Counted from the first letter of the stretch, positions 1-14,864 are shown. The stretch is DNA of 32,000 nt from Zygophlyctis sp. KS116 (GCA_054661495.1 BAAFSQ010000090.1:4063-36062), one strand, 5' to 3'. Translations and numbers: made by a program. The notes: generated by a model not told the origin, from the sequence alone.

Positions 1-95
1 CTGATTTGTTATGATTAGTCATTTAAGATTTCACTTTTATCCCGCAGAGTCAATTTCAGACGGCATGTGGCGCCGTCAATTTTGAAATTACTGAA

Positions 96-510
96 AAGTG
101 CAATGGACATGGGACTAAAATATACATTATGGAAAAGTGCTGAGAATGCATATTCGGACAAACAGTATAGTACTGCATTAAAGATTTATTCGTCGATCGG
201 TCATCTGCCTCAGGTTTTGTTTAATATGGCATCTATACATTTGCTCAAGAATGATACTGGAAAGGCCATTGAATGTCTAACTAAAGCAATATCAATTGAT
301 AAGGTAAGCTATTGATCTTTTTCATTTGACTAGAAATTTGCAATCGCTTACTATCAGAGAGCAGTGTGCTTCTTTTTCAACCAAACATTTCATAGAGCGA
401 TTGCTGACTTCTCCTCAGTTCGCATATTATTGAAAACTAAAACTGTGGTTGATTACTCTCCTGCAGGACTAGATTTTAAGATTTATATGTGCGAAGTACT
501 CTATAATATG
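96..510 (+). repeat. Direct duplication copy A (pairs with 1709-2123)
   Basis: By eye, 96-422 is identical to 1709-2035 including the intron. A few substitutions follow up to ~510, then the copies diverge. Confidence 0.92.
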
Positions 511-1320
511 GCCAGTTGTTATGTTTCTTTAAAAGTACCTGCCACAGCTGAGAGGCTGCTAGTTGCCGCCAAGAAATATGTGTCAAATGGATCTCATGAG
601 CAGATAATTAAAGCTTCCGGCAAGTATATGGAATCCAATATCTATACTATCGAGAACGGGTTGCAGTTCAAACCAAAAAAAATAAAAGATTCAAACAAAA
701 GGATAAAGCGGGAGTTATCCCAGGGACCAGCAGGATTTATGATGCGGAAGCAATCTCTAGATAATATCTCCAATCGAGGTTCTATATTGATTGAAACCCC
801 CGATTTCATTCGTCAAACCAAGCACATGAGGACTTACTCTGCTATATTGGACCATTTCTCCGATTTTGAATCAGTCGGAGATATAGATTCAAAGGAACAA
901 GTGTTTGAAGAATCACCTAGATCACATAAAAATCAACAGAAATGTGCTTATCGGAACGCTCACTTTACAGACCAGAATTACAATTCCGATTCTTGGCGGC
1001 AATCTAAAAATGAAAAGTCTATCAAAGATGATGATCAATATCTTTTGAGGAATCTATCAAGTGCTGTACCGTCCGATAATATTCGTATAAAAATATTCTG
1101 GAATGGAAAGAATGCCATGACTATCCTTTCTCATCGTATGGTATTGTTAAGTGATCTCACTCAACAAATACGTTCCAAGATACAAATAGATTTTGATCCT
1201 ACTCTACTTGATCCAAAAACAAGTAGCATATTCACATCTGATTCAATGCTGTCAAAATATTTAAGTGATATTGAACGCTCACAGTTCCAATTAAGAATTC
1301 AGGAAGAGTTAAACATTTAA
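103..1320 (+). CDS. noxR: NoxR/p67phox-like NADPH oxidase regulator paralog 1 (TPR repeats + C-terminal PB1-like domain), ~395 aa
   Basis: Exons 103-303 and 334-1320, intron 304-333 (30 nt GT-AG). Motifs VLFNMASIH, AISIDK|KFAIAYYQRAV, DFSS..LL....VDY...GLDFKIYMCEVLYNMA match the p67phox/NoxR TPR region. C-terminal IRIKIFW resembles a basic PB1 strand. Confidence 0.8.
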
Positions 1321-1708
1321 CATTATAAATAAAGAATGTAAAATAAATTACGATCAGGGATTGATTTCATTGTTAATCTATTACTAAATATGTCAGGACT
1401 TAACGCTTCTGCCCCAAAACCAAAGCTTCAGACCATTCATATATTATCCAGCTGGAAAAAATATCTGCATGTATATTGATTTAAGTTTTCATTCAATGGT
1501 TCATATTTTGAAGCGCATCTTCCATTGAACTAGTTATTGCAGTTGAATCAACGGACGCTCTAGAACTACAATACTCAGATACCGATGCCTTGATTCAAGT
1601 TAACTAGTAAACATGTCATATGATTTGTTGGGGCACATTGAAAAGTTGGAGCAACTGAAGACGGCATGTGGCGCCATAAATCTTGAAATTAATCTTGAAA
1701 TTACTGAC

Positions 1709-2123
1709 AAGTGCAATGGACATGGGACTAAAATATACATTATGGAAAAGTGCTGAGAATGCATATTCGGACAAACAGTATAGTACTGCATTAAAGATTT
1801 ATTCGTCGATCGGTCATCTGCCTCAGGTTTTGTTTAATATGGCATCTATACATTTGCTCAAGAATGATACTGGAAAGGCCATTGAATGTCTAACTAAAGC
1901 AATATCAATTGATAAGGTAAGCTATTGATCTTTTTCATTTGACTAGAAATTTGCAATCGCTTACTATCAGAGAGCAGTGTGCTTCTTTTTCAACCAAACA
2001 TTTCATAGAGCGATTGCTGACTTCTCCTCAGTTCGTAAACTATTGAAATCTAAAACTGTGGTTGATTACTCACCTGCAGGACTAGATTTTAAGATTTATA
2101 TGTGCGAAGTACTCTATAACATG
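1709..2123 (+). repeat. Direct duplication copy B (pairs with 96-510)
   Basis: Offset 1613 nt from copy A. The upstream GACGGCATGTGGCGCC is also shared. Confidence 0.92.
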
Positions 2124-2777
2124 GCATTTTGTTTTCGATCATTAGATTTAACCGAAAAATCAGAAAGGTTGCTCTCACTAGCTATTAAATTTGCCGTGAA
2201 TGATTCACATCGGCAAATTATTGAATCTTGTGTAAAGCTGCGTCGCATTACTTTGGATATGTTTACAATTGAGGCTGGGCTTCAATTCGCTCCAATTTTG
2301 AAACTAAAAACATTGGGAAAACAAGATATACCTAAAGGCGTGGAAAAGAATTCTGTAGATCAGTATTCTATATCAAGCTTTACAGACGAAGAGAAGAAAG
2401 GAAATAAACACCAAGCTAGCGATAATTACTTGAAACTAATTCGATCTAAATCTTTAGTATTCAATCATTTATCATCAAGAAAAAAGGAAGAAACGAAAAT
2501 TAATGTGAAAGAATCTTCAACTCCCAGTCTAAATCAACAAAAACAGAAGTCGATGTTAAAGATTCAATTCCCAACCGGCAATTTAGTGATTTTACTAAAT
2601 CATGATTCTGGGTTAGAAGAATTGAAGCGAAAGGTTGCGTTGAAATTGTATAATATGGGTGGAGGTGAGTATGATCGCATTTGCTTCAGGAAGGATGGAT
2701 ATGTGGTTAACACGGAAAAGGAGTTTGTGAATTTGCGGATGCAAGAAGAAGTGCTTGAGCTCAGTCTTGATGTTTGA
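1716..2777 (+). CDS. noxR: NoxR/p67phox-like paralog 2 (TPR + PB1-like), ~343 aa
   Basis: Exons 1716-1916 and 1947-2777, intron 1917-1946. Same TPR motifs as copy 1. C-terminal MLKIQF...LEELKRKVALKL is PB1-like. Confidence 0.8.
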
Positions 2778-2840
2778 ATAAATATTTTCAATCATATGCA
2801 AGTGTGAATCTATTATTAAATTTCGGGAATTTTTTATGAA

Positions 2841-5035
2841 CTATGGATCCCCTTCTGAGAGATTCTCATTAGATGATATATCTTCTGTTAGATCTTCCGT
2901 TTCCTGATCCTCCAATATAGTAGAATTACCAAATCTTAAGGGACTTTCCATAGATACAGTCGAGGCCTCCTCTTTAATCGCTGCTTTCTTTTCCTGTTCT
3001 TGTTGTCTTAACCTCTGTTCGGCAACTGCCCTTATTGCTGCAGTCATTTGAGGATGATGAAGTAAAACCACATCAAGCTGTTTTTTCGACAAAGAATATA
3101 AAACACATGGGGTGAGACACTTGATAGATGCAGTTCTCTTCATTGTGCCGAATAACAAAGAAATTTCTAAATATCAGCCACTAAAATGTACCTCCAAAAA
3201 ATGACCCCGATGCAAGAGTTGCTTTTACATCACCATTTATACTTACTTCACATATACCGCTAGAAATAAAATACATTTCATCCCCTGTAGAACCAGCCTC
3301 TATCACCATATCTGCTGCTAGAAAGTGATTAAGCTCCAAACATAAAACCAGCTGAGAAATAAAAGAATTATCTGCGTCTCTAAAAAAGGGGACTTTTAAA
3401 ATCAGACTTTTACAGTTATTTAATTGAATAGCCTAAAAAATAAGGTTTTTCTTATTACCTGTCTGAGTGGATTGTTTAATTCCGTCATGATACGTTTTTC
3501 ATCAAAAAACTTTCCACCAGAGTATTTGTACTGATAATACTCAAGAATTCGATTCCTGAGATTCCAATCAAGTCCTTTGTACGAAATATATTGACTAACT
3601 TCATCCATTTTTTCTTGAAATATACGACCCGAACTTTAAATATTAGACTTTATCATCAAAATACCTGTCCAAACCAATCATAAAACTCGATATATTACCA
3701 ACTAAAGTAGCAACTAAATAAGCACTTATGAGAAAATTGAGAATTGTGAGCCACCTTTCAACCATAGTTCCCGGTGGATGAGCACCAAATCTATTTTTTA
3801 ACACAATCTATTTACCCTGCAGCCAGCATTTCTGCAGCAGAATGATAGAAAAATAGAGTATATCTATCATGAACTGCATATTCGCTGCTGTAATGATCAT
3901 CAATTACTTGAGCTACCAAATTATGAATACAAGCAGACCAATGCCAATATATTATCATAATCAATAGAATCTTAATTATAAAAAATATTTATCTTACTTT
4001 AACAATCCCCATTGTTGATGCGTTGATTTTTGTTTTCATTCTGATTTTTTTCAAAAATGATTTATACCAAAATGGTTCCGGACCATTAATTAGCCTTAGA
4101 ATTCTAAACCCATTTAACACACATATATATCTTAGTTCTTGGTTTAAAATCTGATTTGATGCTATAGGGCAAGCTGCATCAATAACAAATACATAAGGAA
4201 AAGTAGTAATTAAGTCCAAGTAAAAATTGTTACTTTTCAAATATGAATCCAAAATTGAATCTGGATCCATTATTGTGACCATATTCTTTTGTATACCTGT
4301 TCGGCATGAAATACACATTGATATGAAAAATATGATTGAAGTAAGTATCGTTAAATAAGGAAGCCCATTACTAAACTCGCTAAATCCCAACAATACAGGC
4401 AGAGTGAAAAACTGTATGATAATCACTATGGATTCTAGAGCGTCCCATTGTTTTTTGAATTCGGACATTGGGTGGATTACAAATGTTGCTGAAAACGTAT
4501 CATTAATACCATTAATTGCCAACTGAGACTGGGAGGATGCTGGTCCATCTACGTCACCCTGAACTCCTTTCCTAAAATAATCGGACCTCAGAATTCGATC
4601 CCATCTGGTTTGTCGCATAAAAGAGTTGAATGGAAATGATTGCTGAAATTGAGTATTTGATGATAGAGGTATTTTTGACTCATCTTGATCGATGCAAACT
4701 GATCGTTCAATAGGATCTGCAGCGGATGCTGGATATGTCTTGGATTTATCGAGTGATTCTGACTTCCGTTTCATTCCAAATAATAATGTCTGGCCAGAAA
4801 TTGAAACTAATGTTGAATTTAATGATTGATTACATCTTTTAGCAAAGCTCTGTCTCGATGATTGACCTGGATTGCTATTCATAGCTTCTGATGTCTGCAT
4901 TACTAAAATACTTCTTGCAAAATTCATGGTCTCTTTTACATCGCCTCGAATGTTCGATATGGCGGATTCTTCCTTCATCAACCTTTCTTCTATCTTCTGT
5001 AGCCGCTCCACTATAGTAGCCAAATCAATACTCAT
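2841..5035 (-). CDS. HCN/CNG-like cyclic-nucleotide-gated cation channel (6TM + C-linker + cNMP-binding domain), ~686 aa
   Basis: Introns 3971-3997, 3791-3815, 3634-3664, 3433-3458, 3167-3191. Motifs: FVIHPMSEFKKQWD, YLKSNNFYLDLITTFP, S5 HWSACI, pore AEMLAAGFGAHPP, C-linker FQEKMDEVSQY, CNBD FFGEISLL...RTASI. Confidence 0.92.
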
Positions 5036-5106
5036 TAATCAATACTCACAATTATATTTAAATGCCGAATGACATATACTTCAGGATCATATGTCCGAAA
5101 ACGTCA

Positions 5107-8100
5107 TCATTGATCCTCATCAAAATCAACGTACTCAAATGATGGTCGAGGTATGCTAGATACAGCAGTATATCTGTATGATGTAGGACGCAGCCTATGG
5201 CTGATTTCCTCCTTTACAGATACTAACTTATCACATATCCAGAAAAACACTCCAGATACGGTTTCCTTGATAGTGTTGGAAAATTGTCTAAATTGGAAAC
5301 TCCGGGAGGAGAATTCATCCATCGGCAATCTTATTCTACCCATTCCATTTGATTTATAATATCTTGACCCCAAAAAGAATAGGATTGCTAATCCGAAAAT
5401 AGATAGGAGCATTTGAAAAATGATTGATTTTGAATTTTGGGTTCCTAATTTTGTAAAATTAAAAAAGAATACCACAAGAAATCATTACAGCCTCATAATC
5501 TTCTTCTAATCCACTTTGACATTTACTTAAAGCTTTTTTCTTATACCCTTTTGAATATCTCTTGTAACCGTTTACACAAAGAGGCTCTGCCTTTATGTCC
5601 CTTCCTTTGAAAAAGCAATCACTATTTTGGCCCAGCTCATAGTCATAATCACATTCAAAATCGTTTCTTGTACATTCACAAGGCGAAAAATTCGCTTTCG
5701 GAATTGGTGATTCACCAACGGGAGAGCAGTCTCTATCAGATTTCCTACGAAAATACTCGGACTAATTATCAGATATAAGCATTAAAAAACCTTTTGGCCC
5801 AAATTACAAGTCCCATTCAGGTAATCCCATGATTCGTAATCGCTCTTAGTCTTGTCTTCATTATCCTGGCACTGGCGAGGCCATACAGAGGAAAAGTCCA
5901 AATGGACAGCAGTAAATTTACCATCCATTGTGCCACCATGAATGCTTCCAAGGACAATAAAATGGGATGAAATTCCAGACGGATCACTCAATATGTTGGT
6001 GGCAAGCAGGCGACCACCGGCAATTTTATGATCAATAGCCAAGTCTCGTAAATCCACACCTTGATTAATGGAATATCTAGTATATAAATTATAATAAAAA
6101 ACCTAATTGAAGCACTGGGATCTAAATCATTCGCAAGGATAAATACAGCTCCTGATTCAGAAATCTCATACATATAAGCCTGATCTGTAATTTCGCTCCA
6201 CGTTATTCCAGCATCCCTACTTAAATACATCTTACTATCATTTTGAACTTTTAAATATTTCCCAACATTGCCCACACCCAGAAGCATCCCAGATGCAGTT
6301 GTTATTGAATATTGATCACGTTTATCATTCCTATCTGTATATGCATGCAAATTCAGTGAACAATCTGTACATTCGTAGTCTACACCTTTAGAATCGCGTT
6401 TCGGGGGAATAAGAGATTTCCAAGTCAATCCTAAGATTAATCATCAATTTATACCATCATCATGGCTAATTTGAGTAACCAACTTTTGCATAGAATCCCC
6501 GTCGCTGCTACTCTCAATCAGCTTATTTACTAAAAAGGCTCCATTTAATCCATTTATCCTTTCAAAGTCAACAAATCCTCTCCCATCATGATGCACTCGA
6601 TCTAGCACATGGCCGAATACTGTGCCATTCCAATTGCTTCTAAATAGTGAGCCATAATCCTGAAATTTATTAGTGAGAAGTTCTAAAAATATGCTTCCCG
6701 TGGAGCCCTGTAATATTGTATAACCAAAAGAGGATGATACTTCAACGCCCTTTGGAAAGATAGCTTCCGCCCATTCCAATCCATCTAGAGTAACCAAAAG
6801 TTTAGATGCCGTCTAAAGACATGAATGAGAAAAAACTTACGTTTATCGCCAACATGAATTTATCAAAGATTGCAAATTCAGAAGCCATGAATATTTCAAA
6901 TAATGTTTTCGGATCGTTAGGATCATCCAAACGGACTAAAGTCTTGTCCTTAGATGTGGAAGAGTATCTCGGGTCGTCCAGTGCGGGAATATTTAGACAG
7001 AAAATGCTTCTTTTTTCATGAGAAATAAATCTTCCTTGGTATCCCCAAAAACATTTTAGAGAATTTTTTAATGTCGATGTCCATGATTTGCCTGCATTCC
7101 ATGATACAAAGGTCACCGTTTGACAGCCATTTTCAGATTTCATGCAATTGATTGCCCCTATAAGTAACAACCAATCCTGTTCTAGTGCATGGGTAGATAT
7201 GGGTTGAGCCGTTATAGTCAAATCAATTACTATCGGAATCATGATTTCAATATAAGTTTCTCCTGAATCGTTAGTAACGTATAAAATTCTTCTATCTGTA
7301 ACGACAAAAGCTCGATTATTCCTATTTGTATCCATAACCAAAGATATAATATTTTCTGTAGGAAATAGCTTTTTCCAATTTGAACCATTATCTTTTGACT
7401 GATATAAACCACCTGAAGTTCTTATTAATAAATTTGAAGATTTATTAAATCGGTAAAACTCTGTCATAGATTCATTGAAAAAACTTGTATCAACTTTGAC
7501 TTCCCCTACTTTCATATTAGTTCCACACATTCTATCAATTTTTTGAGTCAAATCCTCGCCATTTTCGCACTCAGAAAGAGAAACTCGACGATATCCGGAG
7601 GAGCCTTGGTACATGTTTCCCATCTTACAATCTTTGGGCTCTAAAATGTCTTTACCTACCAGTGAGCAGGCACCATCGAATGAGCGAAGAAACCCATAAT
7701 CACTAGAATTAAAAAAACATGGTTACCATTCATAGTCAATCTTAGAACAGGAACATTTCTTTGATTTCGAAGAAATAAATGGGTCATAGTCCTGTCCAAA
7801 GTAACAAGGGGAGTCTGATTTTCTTTGAAGTAGAGTTCTTTTTGCTCCCAGCAGGCATTCGTCCTTTCCACCATTAGGCGACCATGATATCAAATGTGTT
7901 TCTTTGGAGCATTTTTGCTTTAAAACATCTTTGAAGTCAATGCTGAATATTCTAGAAGACGACGGATTATTCCAATCAGTACCAACCAGAAACAAATTTA
8001 GAGAATCGGAATTTAAAGAGGATTCTATATGATCAATCATAAAAAGTTTTTCAGTAAATTGAAATTGAGTAAATGTTTTCCCAAAATCAAATGTGAAAAT

Positions 8101-11100
8101 TAATTTGTTGGTAACTTTCTCTTCCGTAAAAGCAATAATGTTCCCATAGTCTGCCACCGCCCATCGATATGTTCCATTTAATACTTCAGACCAATGAAGC
8201 CCACCATCGCGAGAAATGTATATGTTGGAATTTGCAAAGTCACCTAAATAGTCTCCTACATTACCAGAAGCAATTAACAATCCTGGGCATCGTTTTGGAG
8301 AAAAGGGTCCTCTTCTTGACATGATTCCGACACGTGAGTGGAGATGAAGGTTACATCCATCTCTTTGATTGCATTCATAAGGTTTTCCATTTTGGTCAAG
8401 TTCAGGCGGAGATATCTTTCTCCAAGTTGACCCATCGTCAAATGATATAACTGAACGGGTCTTGCGATGTTGGAGAGCTGCGTTTGGATTTATTACGTTG
8501 TTGGCAAAAATAATCCCTGAAATACCGTCTACTTTGTCAAAATCAACTATATTTTCAGAATAGAATCAATCACCTTTTCCCTCTAAATTTCTGGAACTGT
8601 CGCCCAAAATCTTAGAAAAATAATTCCCGTCTTGGTTCGATTTATAAAGAGCACCAGAGATACCATAACCCATCTGTGAAGACATCTTTGAAACATCAAC
8701 GAACAAACCATTTTCATTTCCCGAAAGAAGAGTAAATATCTAAATGAGTCAATTACCAAATCAAACATACATTTTGCTCCTGAAGAGCTTCTGGTGGAAA
8801 TTCTGCTTTCTTTAAAGATAGTCCATCCGATGATACGAAGAGAACAGAGCTTGATATTTCTTTAGCCGCCACAACTAAGACGTTTGATACTACGTAGAAT
8901 CCTAGAGCGCCCCGTTCAAGCAGCCGATTTCTTTTAAGGCCTTGATCGGTTATTAGAACAAACTCCATTTCATTAGCGATGCTTTCAGCATCATCATAAT
9001 TATTTCTTAGTTTGTCTTGAGATAATTTACCATTTTTATTGATGAAGCTTAGACAGAATATAGAGTCCAGGTCCAAATCTCCATTTTTAAAATTACTATC
9101 TCTAGCCCAAACACATTTTTCTGCCCATGTTTCAATTTGCTTCCAGTTCTCACCGTTATCTTTTGTGAAATGAATTGTAGTGTAACAAATCGGAGACGAA
9201 ACACAGTCCAAAGGGCTTGAGGCGAATATGTACCAATCTTTCTCCGTTGGATGAAGGTCAAGAATAGGAACATCTATAGAATTCGGCGCAGATGGCAATT
9301 TCAATGAATATGCTGCATCAGAAACAGTAATATCATCAATAATCCAAATTTCTGACTTTGAAAAAAAGTAGATTCTTGAAGATATAACTTCACTCGCACC
9401 AACTTTATATATAGATGTGTCTTTTAGGGTAATTACAGAGTAGAAATCGAAACCACTCTTTACAGATTTGAATACAGATCCAGTGCGAGTAATAATGAGC
9501 ACCACCGTTGAATTTTCTACGTAAAATATTTGCTCCACCATGGAATCAAAAACTAAAGATATTGCTCTGGGAGCATCCTGAGAAGGAGGACTGGGAAAGT
9601 TTGGAGAATCTCCAACGCATTCACGTGTGACATTTTCCAATAAGTTCATTCCGCCTTGACATTTGTTTCCTGGCACTTTCCGGTATCCTGAACTGCCCAT
9701 GTAAGATTTTCCGGGCTTACAATCTAAAGGTTGATCAACGAATTCTTTTTGCGGGACACACTCCAGTTCCTTTGTCTTCCCAGACCCGGAAAAACCAGCG
9801 TCACATTGATAATCATTTTTGGTACATTCACAAGTTGAGACTTGGGTTTCCGGAAGGTTAAAGTTTGGATCAATATAGCAGTCTGCGTCGGGTTTTCTTC
9901 TGTAGAATGTTAAATACTGACCCAGCAAACAGTTGTGTTCCTCATTTGATGGGGACCATTTTTCAAAATCATATGAATTGAGAGGATCGATAGAATCACA
10001 TTGGCGCAATATAGATTGTGAAAGATCTACTTGTACAATCCAACCACTCGAAAGATCGTCTGGAGATATCGCTACAAGAAGGAATTTGAGATACTTAGAA
10101 TCAGGATCAAGTAAAGTAATCCAAGGAATCCATTTTTTTTCTTCGAGAAGAACATATGTTCTGTCCCAGGAAGACCCATAGTCTTGAGAATACAAAAAAT
10201 GATCTTGCGGTGCTGCACCATCAGGTATAAGAATAATAATAGATCCTGATGCCACCGTTTCGTATTTATATGGCCCTTTAGCAATCATTCCCCATGTACG
10301 ACCAGCGTCAATCGAGAGAAACGTGTCACATTGCTCATAAGGCTTTAAATACTCACCAACTGAACCAACCCCTATAATTAGACCAGGTGCAGATGTTGTA
10401 GAGAAAACTTTTCCGAGATTATGCGGATGAGTTACTGAATGCAAGTGCAGATTGCAAAGACCTTCACAAGAAATCCTGTTTTGATTAAAATCTACAATAG
10501 GAGGTTGTAAATCATTCCACGATCTTCCGTGATCAAATGATAACTTTGATACAAGCTGCTTGTCTTCTTCTGTGAATGAATCTTTCTGAATAATTTCATC
10601 ATAATTCTTTACAACATTTGCCAAAAGTATTCCTTTATAACTATAAGATTGAATTGTTTCAAAATCAACCAAATAATTTGAAGCATGATTTGTGTGATCT
10701 AAAGAAGGAGTGAATATCACCCCTTGATCATCTGAAAAATATAATGTTCCAAAAGGAGGTATCAAGGAAGATTTGTTAGAAGCTAAAATATCAACAGTCA
10801 AAGAAAATGAAGAAGAGTCTAAAACCGTAAATCCACTTTGTAAATCTCCTGCTCCAGGAAACCTAGCTTCATTAAATTCACCTCCATTTTTAGAAACATA
10901 AAGCTTATTCCCATTAGATGACAAAGGTTTCTTTAATAAATTTGAAAGAAAACTTACCACAGCAGCTAAAATGAATCCATTAACATATTTCAATCCAACC
11001 ACTCCCCCTCCTAGATCATGCTGCTTCTTGCTTGTAAAAAATGTCTTGGAGGAAACCAACTGTAATCCCTTTGAGTTCAGGTCACCATACTGACTTGCAT

Positions 11101-11757
11101 CTACCCACTTTGTACAATATATATGATCCCCAGGCTCTAAATCCCAAACACACGAATTAACTAGAGACAACAACAAATCAAAAGTTTTTAAACCATCCAA
11201 AGTGTAATACATACTATCATAGCACAAATCATTAACACAAGAGTTTCCTTTAACCAAAAACTTTTCAGGATCAGAAGTAAACTCTACTCCAGTCACTAAA
11301 TTCTTATTTGGCAAAGAAAACCCATCCCAGGATTTACCCCCATCAGTGCTTTTATAGTTATTACCATCTGCTCCAATCACCACAGCCTAAAATAAGAGGA
11401 TATTATTTACAGTATCAATATCAAAAGGATGATGTATCAAATCCTTAAAATTGGACGTTGGCAGTTGAACAGTTTCCCATGATGAGCCCTGATTAGAAGA
11501 TCGCATTATAACATTATCTTGACGAAATAGTAATATACTCTACTGATTAGAAAATAATTAAAACTTGCATTTTTAAGATAGAATATAGATTTTGGAATAG
11601 ATTCTAATTTAGTAACAGCGAGCAAAACTCCCCCGTTCTGCGCAGGCCTTTGAATAGTATTAAAAAGAATCCCAAAGACCAGTAAAATAGATACCAAACC
11701 AATGAATAATAATCTCTTGAGGCTATTTTTCATATCCAAACAGTTTCTATTTGACAT
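5107..11757 (-). CDS. VPS10: Vacuolar sorting receptor Vps10/Pep1 (sortilin family) with three luminal Vps10 modules, ~2117 aa
   Basis: 11 inferred introns (11540-11568, 11387-11410, 10931-10957, 8740-8770, 8547-8573, 7703-7726, 6813-6840, 6431-6454, 6077-6102, 5762-5790, 5445-5472). Many BNR S.D.G..W repeats, C.LHLH motifs, 10CC modules (CLLG..YRRK, C.C...DYEC, YRK...C..G), N-terminal hydrophobic segment, C-terminal TM and acidic tail. Confidence 0.93.
11540..11568 (-). other. Non-canonical GC-AG intron, 29 nt (first intron of VPS10)
   Basis: AAT|gcaagttttaattattttctaatcagtag|AGT. GCAAGT donor; the nearby GT donor gives the wrong phase. Confidence 0.75.
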
Positions 11758-12065
11758 TTTAGGGTTTTAAGTGTTACAACTACTGAAGCTGATTTAGAAT
11801 TATCATGTAGATTTCTTGATTAAAGCATAATCTCTCTTGAATTTTAATGTATCATGATTAATGCATTTTCATCATTTTTGATTTTTTCCATGTCCGAATA
11901 TTATGATGATTGATCAGGGAAAATTCCAGACAATAAAGATAATGACAATGCAATCGATTGTAATTATATCAGTAATTGAATATGATTTAATCTATTTCAG
12001 CTACGAAATCACAAAAAGTAAACATCGGCGTTACATTCGGACATCTTCTTACGAAATTAAAGAAT
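11758..12065. promoter_or_regulatory. Bidirectional promoter region VPS10/IST1 with outward-facing TCGGACA motifs
   Basis: Divergent starts. TGTCCGA at 11891-11897 and TCGGACA at 12037-12043. Confidence 0.5.
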
Positions 12066-12865
12066 ATGAATGCGACAAAAACAAAGGTTCAGTTGAAATT
12101 GGCGTTAAATAGGCTCAAACTATCACAGCAGAAACAAACTTCTCTTATTGCAATCGCCAGACAGGAAATAGCCCAATTATTAAGAGTTGGGAAAGTAGAC
12201 TCGGCACGTATTAGAGTTGAAATGGTCATTAGACAAGACTTGATGGTAGAAGCAATGGAATTATTAGAATTATATACGGAAACTCTACTTGCTAGATTTC
12301 CTCTCTTAGAATCTATGAGGAATTGCGATCCTTGTCTGGTAGAATCTGTAAACTCACTTATATATGGCGCTCCAAGGGTAGATATTCCAGAACTACTTCA
12401 AGTAATTTATAAATTCTAAATTTAGGTTAGAGATCAACTAATTTATAAATTCGGAAAGGAATTTGGACAGGCAGCAATGGATAATTTAAATGATATCGTA
12501 AATCCAAAGGTATTAACTAGTTTATTTAATTTAAGTTGATTCAGAAACTTAAAATTGCTTCACCAGAAACTTTCTTGGTAAATCAGTATTTACTGGAAAT
12601 AGCAAAAGCGTATAAAGTGGATTGGACAATAGAAGGATCGGCGCCAAAATATGAATCACAAGTGGCATTACCATTGGGGTATCAGTCGAATTCCTCATTA
12701 CCTTGTAAAGAATGCGCAGGCCTTCCAATGCAAGAGTCAACGAATGAAAAAAACGAATCTCTAGAGTTTCAAACAACATTTCCTACAATTCCCTCACCTC
12801 AGACTCATGATCCGGATTTTGATGAATTAGAAAAGAGATTTGAAGCTCTCAAAAAGAAGAAATAA
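12066..12865 (+). CDS. IST1: IST1, ESCRT-III-associated Vps4 regulator, ~249 aa
   Basis: Introns 12402-12425 and 12510-12535. KTKVQLKLALNRLKL, ARIRVE.VIRQD, EAMELLELYTETLLARF, C-terminal MIM1-like DFDELEKRFEALKK. Confidence 0.95.
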
Positions 12866-12876
12866 AATTCAATTTC

Positions 12877-14797
<1,921 letters not shown>

Positions 14798-14864
14798 TTT
14801 ACAATCCCCTGACTCTCGCCACACTCTCAAATAGTCAACATTCACCTGACTCTACTCACTGATT
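14798..14864. promoter_or_regulatory. 67-nt divergent spacer OSM1/VPS8 with two CCTGACTCT copies
   Basis: CCTGACTCT at 14808 and 14845 between the two inferred ATGs. Confidence 0.45.

Noticed and set aside
59-2123. Direct repeats as LTRs or transposon ends
   Set aside because: The repeats are the coding 5' halves of two paralogs. No transposase/RT, TG..CA termini or target-site duplication seen.
11903-12112. 69-aa ORF upstream of IST1 (and the similar 19223-19411 ORF)
   Set aside because: Short, in promoter DNA, no recognisable motifs; probably chance ORFs.
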